From Eledone cirrhosa (Eukaryota), in NCBI GenBank assembly GCA_964016885.1, contig OZ024746.1:14880001-14944000 (forward strand): 64,000 nt of DNA, given 5' to 3'. Of this stretch, positions 12,421 to 27,200 are shown piece after piece. The first letter of the stretch is position 1. Every line of letters begins with the position of its first letter. The translations under genes and the position numbers were made by a program. The notes beneath the pieces are model-generated. The model was not told the origin of the DNA. It ran no database searches and saw only the letters and a list, made by a program, of their open reading frames with translations.

Positions 12421-15171
12421 AGAACAAACTTTAATTAACAGACACTTGTTATAAATAATAACTTAAAATTCGGATAAAATATCCCTATCATCGTCATTTT
12501 AGCATAACAGCTTTTCATCATCCTCAATAGTTGCAGCCTGACGACGTCTGTTGCCCCCATACCAGTAATTGAAGCAGGTTGATAGAGAGCTGGGGTATAG
12601 TTTTGAATGTAATTCATAGCTGGAGTTGTATGGTTTGGTGGGTAAGGTTGACTGTAGAATTACAATTTACATGAGTATGTGGAGAGCATGGATTTGATTT
12701 AATGTTGTTTATGTTCCAGTTAAGACATTACAGTCTTTATAAATGACCATGGGATTTGCCCCTAGAAAGTCCCCCTCCAAAGCACAAGTCCAGGCAATAT
12801 TGTTTATTGAAGATCAGCAGTCAGCCATACATACCTGTCACCCCTCTCCACGCCACTGGTGTTGTCCAAGGGAAAGGCAAAGGCTGATACAGATTGGCAC
12901 CAGTAATGTTGTAACTTATTTCTATAGCTGAGTGTACTGGAGCAACAGGAAATAAAGTGTCTTGCTCAAGGACACAACACACACCTAGTCTGGGAATCAA
13001 AACTCACAACCTGACATTTGTCTGAAAGACTAAATGATAGCAAGTCTAAGATATTGGAATGACCAGAAACTGTCACAGGCATCACCTGATACCTCAATAA
13101 ATTGAGCTACCAACAATGTCAAGAATCTTGTCAGCTCCCTCAAACCTCTCAAACACCACAGGCTGGAAAATAGTTTGGCAATAATTCCTGGTGTTTTAGA
13201 ACTTCACATGTTCTTCCATGCTTGCATATTTTGGATAGGTTTTCTCCACAACAGTCTTCCACCATTTCCTGTGTTCCTTCATTATCCTTTCTGTGATGTT
13301 CAGTGATTTGATATCAGCTCTCACCACTTCAGTTCAGGTTTTCCTTTTGGTGTGCCTTTCCTACAACTACTTTTTACTGGAATCTCATGGCACTTCTTCA
13401 TCCAGCAATCATCATCCATAAGCACCACATGTCCATACTAGCACAATATTTTCTCCTGTATACAACAGATTTCTCTTGTACCCAGTTTTTCTAACATTAC
13501 ACATCCATCACAGCATGTACAATTCATTTCTATCCCGACCTCATATATCCTCTCTATTTACTGCCCATGTCTTATTACCTTACATTATTTGTGGCTCAAT
13601 ATTAACAGATGCACCCACATATAAGCATTTCAAAAACCTCTCTTGTGAAGACCTTTACTAAAGACATTATGATACTCATCTCTGGTGAAAGCCTTTATAA
13701 CAGTAATTTGAACTTTTGTTCCAATGTTGGTAAAGTAGGTCAAGGTGACTACACTTGCTGACCTTTTTGACCAGATGGATGTTGAGTTCCTTTGTTTTTG
13801 GACTGGTGTTGCCAGCTTGTCTAGAGAAATGTCCAACTGGAGTTCATCTGACATAACTGGCTGCATTTCATTCTGCTCTCAGAGACACTACACAAGCAGT
13901 TGATTCCAGCAAGCAGAGCAATGTAGTCAATCAAACTCTCACTCCAGCCAGCCATGCACCCGTTGGCACTTCAACAAAGGTTAGTCCCATGCATAAACTG
14001 TAAATACTATCTTTTGAACTATTGCACACACTCATACATAAACAACACAGCCTTATTTTCCTATGTTATCAATAACCTCGTAGTAGGTTATTAAATTAAT
14101 AAAATTTATTTAAGTAGCGATCATGGTTTATTTGTTCATTCAAAGGCATTTCACTACAGTACACCAAACACCACTTCATAAAGCCGAAAGTTTACCCCAC
14201 ACACTGCCATACCAGAGTGAACGTAAACCACTGAACGATGGACAAATACCAATTCACACCAACACCAAATATTCTCTTGCTACAGCTACAAATACTTTCT
14301 TATTACACCTTTGCTCAAAATGATATTTAACTCATCTGTATTTGTGAAATTTATTCCTTCCTTAGTTTACTTTTAATAAAATTAATTACCTTCTTTTATT
14401 AATTTATAAGACTTGTTCTAGCATTCATCATGAATTTTATATCCATAGTAACAAAGTTTGATTGTGATGATGGTGGTGTCATTTGAGGGAAATTTGGCTC
14501 CATTTTCTAGCAGGACAAGTAACCCTGTCTTTCATTGACTGATTCTTAAAATTGTTTTTATTAATACTATCTAGTGTATTTATTTCTTTGTATAATATCA
14601 TTTGAGTATAAGATGTACACCTTTCTTTGCAGCATAGGTTGAATGGGGACTTTTTAAAGCCATATTTTACAGCTGGACACCTTTCCTGTTTGTTGCTAAC
14701 CTATTTAGGTGTACCTATTCTAAACTAGATCAATGAATAATAGTCATGTCTATGTAAATTCCTTTGTAAACTGTACACCATGTTATCTATCCATCAAAAT
14801 CTCAAACACATATTTCCCTACACTATTCAGTTTCTCAAAGTATGTAGAAGCTCCTACACAAAATGGTAGACATCTGGTTGTTATATTACTGAATCCCTTC
14901 AAATTATTGATTATTTCCAACATTATAGACTGTCTTTCATTAAAACTATGGTAATGAAAGGGTTAAAGTATTTATATTTATAAAAAAACTTTCATCATAA
15001 TTTTATGACAAGCGCGCACTTCTCAGCTTAATAATGAGAAAGTTATATTACTGAATTTCTTCAAATTTGTGATTATTTTCAAAATTAATTGAAAATCATA
15101 GGAAATGTGGTAAGAAAAGGCTTAAATATGGAATAAACAACAAAAACAATTATCATGAGTAGGTTAATTAT

Positions 15172-15177
15172 TTTATT
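15172..15177 (-). promoter_or_regulatory. Candidate polyadenylation signal AATAAA of PGK
   Basis: AATAAA on the - strand ~75 nt after the PGK stop codon. Confidence 0.45.
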
Positions 15178-15250
15178 TAATTTACAGAAAATTAGTAAAA
15201 ACAGCCATTAGAATTTTTCCAATAATACAACATTTTCAGACATGGTGAAA

Positions 15251-18200
15251 CTAAGCATTGGTCAAAGCATCAACACCAGGGAGCACTTTTCCTGAAAGAC
15301 ACAAGACGAATATCATTGAATTATTATTTATTTATTTCATCAATTTAGGCGTCTGTATAGAGCTATTAACAGAGGTGTCTAATACCCCTTACAGTTAAGA
15401 AACAAAAAACCAAAAAAATAAGGAAATGTAGGCAAAAGAAGCATAAATAAGAAAAAAAAGGTGAAAAATGAGGATGACTATAAAGTAGTGAAAAGTTTCT
15501 GTTGTTGAGTCTTTTCTTAACCTCCATGTAATGAAAGATGTTTATAATTGGCAGATCTTTGACACTATATTGTACCTCCAATCAAGGACAACTATAAAGC
15601 AGCTAAATGTTTGTTGTTGAATCTCTTCATAGCCTCCATTTACCGAAAGATCTTGTTTACAGTTGTCAATATATTGTACATCTAATCTTGGTAGTTTTTT
15701 AAAGACCAGCTTCAAGATGCCCCATCTCTCTACGACTTTTCTTCAATAACAAATTAGTTAATAAACAATAGCAATGATCAAACGTCTTTTTTTTTTAATA
15801 TAATTTCTGTTTACTTTGACTCAACATAATTTATTACTTCAATAATTATATTTACTAGCAGAGCCAGTTCCTGGGCATATAGTGACCTAGGCTAGCCATA
15901 AAATGTGACCCTGGGTATTTAGTACCCTAGGCTAGCCATACAATATAGGCTTGGGTATTTAGTACCCTAGGTTAACCATACAATGTGGCCTTGGGTATTT
16001 AGTTCCCTAGGCTAGCCATACAATATAGGCCTGGGTATTTAGTACCCTAGGTTAACCCTACAATGTGGCCCTGGGTATTTAGTACTGTAGGTTAACCCTA
16101 CAATGTGGCCCTGGGTATTTAGTATCTTCGGCTAGCCATACAATATAGGTCGGGGTATTTAGTGACCTAGGTTAACCCTACAATGTGGCCCTGGATATTT
16201 AGTACCCTAGGCTAGCCTTACAATGTGGACCTGGGTATTTAATGTCCTAGACTAGCATAACAATGTGTGTTCCTTCACCCAATTCTCAATGAAAATGATG
16301 AACAAACAAGAGAGAAAGGAGAGTGAAAGAGAGAGAAAAGGGGGCATGAGAGGGACAGAGAGTCAAGAAAGGCTCCTCGTTTCTCTCTCTTATTAGCTGC
16401 TCCAGCTGACTTACCTTCCAGCAGTTCTAAACTTGCACCACCTCCAGTACTGACATGACTCACTTTATCTTCAGTCTTCAACTTGGCACAGCAAGTAGCA
16501 GTGTCACCTCCACCTGGGATAGAAACAGAAAACACAGCATGTAGCAATGTCACCTCCAACTGAGATAGAAACACAACATGTAGCAATGTCACCTCCAGCT
16601 GAGGTAGAAACACAACATGTAGCAATGTCACCTCCAGCTGAAGTAGAGACACAACATGAAGCAATGCCACCTCCACCTGAGACAGAAACAAATGTAGCAA
16701 TGTCACCACCCGAGATAGGAACATGTAGCAATGTCACCTCCACCTGAGCTAGAAACACACATAGCAATGTCACCTCCACCTGAGATAGAAACACAATATG
16801 TAGCAATGTCACCTCCAGCTGAAATAGAGACAACATGTAGCAATGTCACCTCCTGCTGAGATACAGACATAACATGTAGCAATGTCACCTACACCTGAGA
16901 TAGAAACACAATAGAGGAAGACAACATGTAGCTGTGTCACTTCCACCTGAGGTAGAGATATGTGTAGCAATGTCACCTCCAACAGAGAAAGACTGATATT
17001 AGAAGGGTTCAAATTTTAGGAAATTTCTGAAGCCTGTTGGATTGTCTGGAGTTGACGGGAAGAGGCCAGATGATCCTACCATTACCTCTGGGTAAAAGAT
17101 AGCTGTCTTATTTAGGGCACCACAATTAGTGACTCCTTTCCTCCTTCTCACATCCCGGATGTTGTTGTAAAAGTAAGGGTCACAGCATCTGTAGCTGAAT
17201 GGAATAAAATTATAAAGTACCAAGAATTATTGGCAAACTATTCTGTCAGCCTGTAAAATTTCAGACGATTGGGGGAATTGGGTCGCTGACAATGAGGTTC
17301 TTGTCATTGTTGATGGCTTACCTTACTTACATATCAGGTGATGTTCCTGGTGAGGGCGCTTATTTATTCCAGCAGCTTAACCTCACCCATGGCAATGCTG
17401 TGTATTGGCTTGCCTCAAAAATTATTAGAAAGAAACTCTAACGCCCTTTGTTGTGATATGTGATGGAGTATGGGTTTTTTTTTCCCCAATTCTTTCCCCC
17501 GTATATACACATGAAAGAAATCTATACAGAAATATCAAAATGAATAAGTTAAAAAGAAAATTGAATCTTCCTCAAATTTGTTGTGTGTGGAATTAAGGGA
17601 AGCTTACCAACAATAGATATGGCACCACTGTTAGTGGCTTTCACCACAGCATCCATCATAGATTCAGTACCTTTGGCAAAGTTTGGAAATTCAAAAACAC
17701 CAGGGGGTCTGTTAAAAAATAGAAATTTAATTTTGAAAACTTTTTTTACAGAAAATGATTAAATCATGTGATAAACACAGCACTCTACCATCATAACATC
17801 TATTTAACTAAGAAGAAAGAGAAAACAAGTATTTTAAGGCCGATATCCAAGTTAAAGCAGGGACCAGCCTCATGGGCCCCTTGACAAATTTCTGTTTGCC
17901 CTATTGTCTACTTTCCTCCTAACCAAACCTCTGGTTTTCATTTCCTCCTTCATCATCTTTAGCCATGTCTTTCTTGCTCTCCTCTTTCCTCTACTTCCTT
18001 CCACATTCATTTTTACACCTCTCTCATCCAGTCACTTTCATCCTTCCTCAGCACATGACCCAGTCATCTCATTCCATTTCTATCCACAGCATCCATCACT
18101 AGCTCCATTCCCATCATCCTTTACAATTCATTGTTTGCCTTCCTGTCAGAACTCTCTTTTCAAAAGGAAACATGTATTCCAAGATAGAGTTAGGTTGAAG

Positions 18201-21200
18201 AGGAATGAATAGTATGACAATGTTACTGAGCTACTCTTCTATAGATCCAGTAACGCAATACCACCACCAGTACCTCTAGAGCAACAAATTTTACTTACCC
18301 ATTCCACACAATAGTCTTAGCCTTGGCGATAACTTCAGCAAATTTCTTATTTGACTTTTCTCCAACATCCAAACCCTGAAATATAGTTTTGTTTTGTATT
18401 GAACTTACTGGAGAGATAACCCTGAACAGGGAAACACACAAAATAGAATTATATTTAACAGCAGAGCTAAATTAACCTAGTAACAAGTGTAATGTTTGCT
18501 ATAGACCCTACCCTACACTAAGTGTATACTATAGTACTATACTGCTTTTAACATTTTTGTCACCTTAAAATATATACTACAGGTCCCACACTAACTTAAT
18601 CCAGCACTGATTAACTGTACTGGTATCAGATACTAAAACAGTATTAACCCTTTTTGCTAACATATTTCTAATGAAAGATACTGCTTATGTTTTTCAAATT
18701 ATTTTGAAAATAATTAAGAATTTGAAGTGATTTAGTAATATAAATAACTTTCTTGTTATTAAGCTGCTATTTAGAGCATAACTTAAAGGTTCTTACATAA
18801 AATTATGATGAAAAGTGTTTAGATATATAAATAAACACTTTAAAACAATTTTGTATCATAGAATCAAGATTGGTTTCAGGCAGTTTGGTTATCAAAAGAG
18901 TTAATAAGTTGATGATATTACAACATCAATCAATGGTTATGGCATTCTCCTGAGCTCCCTAACTGTCAATGTCTGTGACAAGCATGAATCCTACTTTGCC
19001 AGATATTTTCAACATTTCAGCAACTATCCCTGATAAGCCAACCATTTTCTCTGCCTTCATATCCTTAATGGATAGAACTGGCAACCTCAATAACTGGTCC
19101 TTCAGTTGGGTCTACTTCAGACAGTTCTTCTTCCTTCCACACATTCGTCACATTCAGAAAATTCCCATAATCATTATATTTTTGTTTTTCCTAACAGAAA
19201 AATACAATTTAAATTAGCTGAAATCTATAAGAATATATGAAAGTTAAATTAGTACAAAAACCAAAGTCTTACCAGACTTCCTGCAGGAATGCCTTCCTCT
19301 ACTGTAGCTTTGTTAACTGTGGCATTTTCAGCAAATTTATCACCAGTTACAAAGTCAACAGGCAAAACTATTTCTACACTGTTTTTCTTTGCCTTTTCCA
19401 TAAGATTAGTAACGATTTTAGAGCCTTCTTCATCAAAAAGTGAACTTCCAATCTGGAAAACATATAAACAAGACATTTATGTAACAAACAGTTATATTTT
19501 TTTTACAAGAGTGCAACATTGATATACAGAAAACTTTCACAATTATAATTGCAGTCATTTTTTAAAAAAAATCAAATTTGATCAGTCATTCCCTATTTTA
19601 AATAAACTCATTAATTAAATAGAGCAAATGTCTCCCAAAAAATCTGTCCACTAGTAAAGATACTGCAAACATTGGAATTAACAAACATATTTTTAGATAT
19701 TTTCAGCTAAATAATTAGAGAATGTTAAAAGCAACTGTAGCGGAGCTACTTGCATGGTGTGTATCAATAATCTATCCAGGCGAGATTTGGCTAAATCAGA
19801 CCAATCGTAAGCTGTGTATGGATATATATGAACTTCCGCCAGCTTAAAGATTTTCCTGTTTCTTTGGTTTAAACTATCCTTTTGCTGCTTTTGACTCTGA
19901 AAGGTCAACACGCCATTATGTAACGGTGAGATTTCACTTTGGCCGTCGGCCTCCTTCGGCCTGGCACAGTGCCTTTCTTTACTTCTTAAAACTCTTAATT
20001 TTGTTTGTTCTTTTGTTTGACATGTCAACCCAGCTTAACTTTTGTAATCGGTTGTAAATAAAACTTGTAAAATATTATAAAATCTTGTAATACTTTTCTA
20101 CAACCGAACTACAACTACTTCTAATGTTCATCTTTAATACAAACATACTTTTACTTCAACAAACATTCACTTTATAGCTAACATTGCCTCTCTCACTTAA
20201 CAAACATTACATTTCTCGCTATAACAATTAGCTGGACAACCCTTCATGTACAACAACAAAAAAATAATAATAATAAACTTTTAATAATTTTTTATTAATA
20301 TTATGCCAAGACGGCATAATATTATTTTACTGCTATACAACTATAGCAAATGAAGTGTGTTCTTTAACCCTTTAGCATTTACATTACTCGATATTTCCTA
20401 TTGTATTTTCATGGTAAACACTTTATCTCACATAATATTGAATCTATGACATTTTGATATTATTTATTTTGAGAACAATACCTTGAAATAAGTATGAGCA
20501 GCTGGTTATGGCTGGTTTGAACAGCCAAAACCAACTGTGTAAATGCTAAATGGTTAAAAAATGACAGACTAAACAAACAAAGACTAACCTCCATGTTTTT
20601 AAGAACTTTGAGGAAGGTGAAGGCCATGCCACCACCAATTATCATCATATTTACTTTTTCCAGTAAATTCTCAATCAGTTTTATCTTATCGGCAACTTTA
20701 GCTCTGAAATACATTCAAAACATTTTTTAAATAATTCCTGACAGTAATAAAAATTAACTGAGTGAGAGATGTATTCAAAGACCAAATTTCTAATTAGTCA
20801 GATTATCATCATCATCTTCATTTTTACATCCCTTTTTCCACGATTACATGGGTTGGACATGTCCTTTTCAGCACAGCATCTCTCCATTTGCCGCATTTTT
20901 TTGTCATCTCCTCTTTGAGTCTCAGCAATTTGAAGTCAGTTTTCACTACCTCTGCCCAGGTCTTCCTTGGTCTACCTCTACTGTGGCTTCCTTTCAATGA
21001 GGTTTCCTGGCACTTCTTCACCCAGCAATCCTCATTCATGTGCATCACATGACCATACCAACACAGTCTTGCACACTACCTAGGATTCTTCTTAAACCCA
21101 GCTCCTCCCTCAATTCATCCAAGCTCTGCCTTTCTCTCACATTTACATCGTACATCCATCGAAGTATGGTTGCTCCATTTCTCTCCAGTCTACCCATGTA

Positions 21201-24200
21201 TGTGTGTATGTATCTATGTGTATATGTGTGTGTGCATGTACGTATGTATCTATGTGTATATATATGTGTGTGTGTATGTATGTGCGTATGTATATATGTA
21301 TGTGTATATGTATGTATATATATGAATGTATATGTGTGTATATATGTGTGGACCCATAATACCTGGTGGAGTAGTTGGGTTCCTGTAGTGAGCGTGTCTT
21401 GGGTATTTTAAATGAGGTGGAGTCCATCCCCTCTCCATCCTTGAACAAAGCAGATTTCTTCCACAGAAGAAAAAAAGGGAAAGAAAAAGAGGAGGTGAGA
21501 GAGAGATACAGAGGAAGAATTTACCCCAGTATTGGACTGGTATTTTTTTATGAACCTCGAAAGGATGAAAAGTTAAGTTAACCTCAACAGGATTTGAACT
21601 CAGAAAGCAGAGAGCTGGAACAACTGATGTTCTAGCAACTTGATTATTCAGATTAGTTTTAATAATAATAGCAATAACTTTTTTTAAATCATTCACAGAT
21701 TCTATTTTCAAGCTGCTCTCAACACTTGTGTTATAGGTCAGCTCAATCGGAACCAAAGAGATGGTTTCATTTAATGCACACCTACAACCACCATAGCATA
21801 TGACTAAACTTTTTGGATTAGTAAGAACATAGTTGTATTGATGCCATGTAAAAAAAAACTCTCAGTCCATCCTTTAAATTGGTCCTGCTGATGCCAAAAC
21901 AAAAAGCTCTCAGTATACCCTGTAAGGTGGTCATGCTGGTGCCACAACAAAATGTCTCCAGTACACACTATCAAGTGGTTGGTATTAGGAAGGGCATCCA
22001 GCCAAGCCATAGTAAGCTAAACCAAAATGGAGTATATAAATAGGACATGGTCACCTGACCTGTTTAGCTCCATAACCTGACAGCTCGTCTAATCTATGCA
22101 TATAGATGTTGAATAGTGGTGATGATGATGATGATGATATCATACACCTAGACATTGTTAACGTATCTAGTCATAAACACGAACATGAGAAATAGGGAAA
22201 CAGAATGAAATTCCTCAAAACTTACCCCCCAAGAATAGCTAAGAATGGTTTCGCGGGTTTATCAAGAGCCTTTGCAAAATATGTTAATTCCTTCTTGAGT
22301 AGGAAACCAGCCACTCTCTGGGGAAGTTGGCAACCAACCATGGAGCTGAAAGAAAAAAAATACAAGAGTAATTAATGTATTATGAATATCATTTAGCTAT
22401 CTATGTTAGAATGACATGGGTTGAACAGGTTTACAAAGAGTGGTATACTATACATTTCAATCCTATATTATATCATCGGTTTAGTTCAATATTCTATGAT
22501 CTGATTTATCTACCTTGGTCTACCTGCAGGTTATATACCTTCTTTCACCTATTCATGTGGCCTTTTCACCCATCATGCCTCATCTATTCATATTACATGT
22601 CAATATTAATATAATCCTTGTTATTGTCAACATGTTTCATGTCAACCTTTCTAGTGCTGGGCGCCCACAATAAAACACACAGTACACTCTGTAAAGTAAT
22701 TGGTTAGGAAGAGTGTCAAGTCATAGAAAACTTGTCAAACAAAGGATTGAGAGGACTTTTCAGATGTGCCAAGAGCATGACAATCACTCTAGTGCTAGTG
22801 CCTCCTTGATAAATGCACCCACTGCAATATGTGAAGTGTTGGCCCATCTGAGAGATCAGTAGTTCTGATTAAGTACTGGTGGGGTCTGTAACAGGCCAGT
22901 ATGGAAGAATGGACATTAAATGATGATGTGTACTTCACTGAAGTTTAGATTACAGGTAAATGAAGTTAGACAACATACCTGTGGGCTCGGTGAGCAGTAC
23001 CAAAGGCATCGTTAACATAGACATCTCCAAGTTTTGACAGAGACTCACGGAACTTTTTAACATCCTCTGATTTTGCTTTTACCTGAAATTACAATAAAAT
23101 ACTCAGAGATTATCATCCTTTAACATGTGCTTTACCTGCTAGCAAGTGATAACACAAAACACTTTCCAACAAATATCAAACATAATAAAAAGAGGGTTGG
23201 GGCCAGAAAAGTCACCTGGCTGTAAAACACTGCCTCAAAAAGGATCAATTTATGGGGCCTGCAAGGTTAAACCCTGCTTTAGTAGCAAAAAATGATCTGA
23301 AAACATTTGTTATTTTTATGGTTTAGAATAAGGATAACATACATGTGCACTCTCAGAGTCTCTGAAAACGATAGCCCAGAAATTATTTTTAGACCACAGA
23401 ACTGCCCCTAATAACAACATTCCATAATGGACTCTACTACAGGTATCCTAGGGTTAGGTGGAGGTATTACACTTAGGCTATGGATTAGGTCCCAAGAATA
23501 GATATAGTCCCTCCAATGGGCATCCACACAGTTTCCATCCACCAAATTTCACTCACAAATCTTTGATCAACCCTAAAGCTATAGAAGACACTTGACCTAG
23601 GTGCTGCCATACAGTGGGATTGAACCTGAATCCCAAGAGTTACAAACATCTTAACCACACAGCCACACCTGGTCAGTAGCCACACTGCCACACCTGGCCA
23701 GTAACTACACAGACACACCAGGTCAGTAAGTAAACTACCACACCTGGCTAGTAACTACAGATACACCTGGTCAGTAAGTAAACTGTCACACCTGGCTAGT
23801 AACTACACAGACACACCTGGTCAGTAAGTAAACTGCCACAGCTGGCTAGTAACTACACAGACACACCTGGTCAGTAAGTAAACTGTCACACCTGGCTAGT
23901 AACTACACAGACACACCTGGTCAGTAAGTAAACTGCCACAGCTGGCTAGTAACTACACAGACACACCTGGTCAGTAAGTAAACTGTCACACCTGGCTAGT
24001 AACTACAGACACACCTGGTCAGTAAGTAAACTGCCACAGCTGGCTAGTAACTACACAGACACACCTGGTCAGTAAGTAAACTACCACACCTGGCTAGTAA
24101 CTACAGACACACCTGGTCAGTAAGTAAACTGTCACACCTGGCTAGTAACTACAGACACACCTGGTCAGTAAGTAAACTGTCACACCTGGCTAGTAACTAC

Positions 24201-27200
24201 AGACACACCTGGTCAGTAAGTAAACTGTCACACCTGGCTAGTAACTACACAGACACACCTGGTCAGTAAGTAAACTGCCACAGCTGGCTAGTAACTACAC
24301 AGACACACCTGGTCAGTAAGTAAACTGTCACACCTGGCTAGTAACTACAGACACACCTGGTCAGTAAGTAAACTACCACACCTGGCTAGTAACTACAGAT
24401 ACACCTGGTCAGTAAGTAAACTGTCACACCTGGCTAGTAACTACAGACACACCTGGTCAGTAAGTAAACTACCACACCTGGCTAGTAACTACAGATACAC
24501 CTGGTCAGTAAGTAAACTGTCACACCTGGCTAGTAACTACAGATACACCTGGTCAGTAAGTAAACTGTCACACCTGGCTAGTAACTACAGACACACCTGG
24601 TCAGTAAGTAAACTGCCACAGCTGGCTAGTAACTACACAGACACACCTGGTCAGTAAGTAAACTGTCACACCTGGCTAGTAACTACAGACACACCTGGTC
24701 AGTAAGTAAACTACCACACCTGGCTAGTAACTACAGATACACCTGGTCAGTAAGTAAACTGTCACACCTGGCTAGTAACTACAGACACACCTGGTCAGTA
24801 AGTAAACTGCCACACCTGGCTAGTAACTACACAGACACACCTGGTCAGTAAGTAAACTGCAACACCTGGCCAGTAACTACACAGACACACCTGGTCAGTA
24901 AGTAAACTGCCACACCTGGCCAGTAACTACACAGACACACCTGGTCAGTAAGTAAACTACCACACCTGGCTAGTAACTACACAGACACACCTGGTCAGTA
25001 AGTAAACTACCACACCTGGCTAGTAACTACAGATACACCAGGTCAGTAAGTAAACTACCACACCTGGCTAGTAACTACACAGATACACCTGGTCAGTAAG
25101 TAAACTGTCACACCTGGCCAGTAACTACACAGACACACCTGGTCAGTAAGTAAACTACCACACCTGGCTAGTAACTACAGATACACCAGGTCAGTAAGTA
25201 AACTACCACACCTGGCTAGTAACTACAGACACACCTGGTCAGTAAGTAAACTGTTACACCTGGCTAGTAACTACAGACACACCTGGTCAGTAAGTAAACT
25301 GCCACACCTGGCCAGTAACTACAGACACACCTGGTCAGTAAGTAAACTGCCACAGCTGGCTAGTAACTACACAGACACACCTGGTCAGTAAGTAAACTGT
25401 AACACCTGGCTAGTAACTACACAGACACACCTGGTCAGTAAGTAAACTACCACACCTGGCTAGTAACTACACAGACACACCTGGTCAGTAAGTAAACTAC
25501 CACACCTGGCTAGTAACTACAGACACACCTGGTCAGTAAGTAAACTACCACACCTGGCTAGTAACTACACAGACACACCTGGTCAGTAAGTAAACTACCA
25601 CACCTGGTCAGTAAGTAAACTACCACACCTGGCTAGTAACTACACAGACACACCTGGTCAGTAAGTAAACTACCACACCTGGCTAGTAACTACACAGACA
25701 CACCTGGTCAGTAAGTAAACTACCACACCTGGCTAGTAACTACAGACACACCTGGTCAGTAAGTAAACTACCACACCTGGCTAGTAACTACACAGACACA
25801 CCTGGTCAGTAAGTAAACTACCACACCTGGTCAGTAAGTAAACTACCACACCTGGCTAGTAACTACAGATACACCTGGTCAGTAAGTAAACTGTCACACC
25901 TGGCTAGTAACTACACAGACACACCTGGTCAGTAAGTAAACTGCCACAGCTGGCTAGTAACTACACAGACACACCTGGTCAGTAAGTAAACTGTCACACC
26001 TGGCTAGTAACTACACAGACACACCTGGTCAGTAAGTAAACTGCCACAGCTGGCTAGTAACTACACAGACACACCTGGTCAGTAAGTAAACTGTCACACC
26101 TGGCTAGTAACTACAGACACACCTGGTCAGTAAGTAAACTGCCACAGCTGGCTAGTAACTACACAGACACACCTGGTCAGTAAGTAAACTACCACACCTG
26201 GCTAGTAACTACAGACACACCTGGTCAGTAAGTAAACTGTCACACCTGGCTAGTAACTACAGACACACCTGGTCAGTAAGTAAACTGTCACACCTGGCTA
26301 GTAACTACAGACACACCTGGTCAGTAAGTAAACTGTCACACCTGGCTAGTAACTACACAGACACACCTGGTCAGTAAGTAAACTGCCACAGCTGGCTAGT
26401 AACTACACAGACACACCTGGTCAGTAAGTAAACTGTCACACCTGGCTAGTAACTACAGACACACCTGGTCAGTAAGTAAACTACCACACCTGGCTAGTAA
26501 CTACAGATACACCTGGTCAGTAAGTAAACTGTCACACCTGGCTAGTAACTACAGACACACCTGGTCAGTAAGTAAACTACCACACCTGGCTAGTAACTAC
26601 AGATACACCTGGTCAGTAAGTAAACTGTCACACCTGGCTAGTAACTACAGATACACCTGGTCAGTAAGTAAACTGTCACACCTGGCTAGTAACTACAGAC
26701 ACACCTGGTCAGTAAGTAAACTGCCACAGCTGGCTAGTAACTACACAGACACACCTGGTCAGTAAGTAAACTGTCACACCTGGCTAGTAACTACAGACAC
26801 ACCTGGTCAGTAAGTAAACTACCACACCTGGCTAGTAACTACAGATACACCTGGTCAGTAAGTAAACTGTCACACCTGGCTAGTAACTACAGACACACCT
26901 GGTCAGTAAGTAAACTGCCACACCTGGCTAGTAACTACACAGACACACCTGGTCAGTAAGTAAACTGCAACACCTGGCCAGTAACTACACAGACACACCT
27001 GGTCAGTAAGTAAACTGCCACACCTGGCCAGTAACTACACAGACACACCTGGTCAGTAAGTAAACTACCACACCTGGCTAGTAACTACACAGACACACCT
27101 GGTCAGTAAGTAAACTACCACACCTGGCTAGTAACTACAGATACACCAGGTCAGTAAGTAAACTACCACACCTGGCTAGTAACTACACAGATACACCTGG

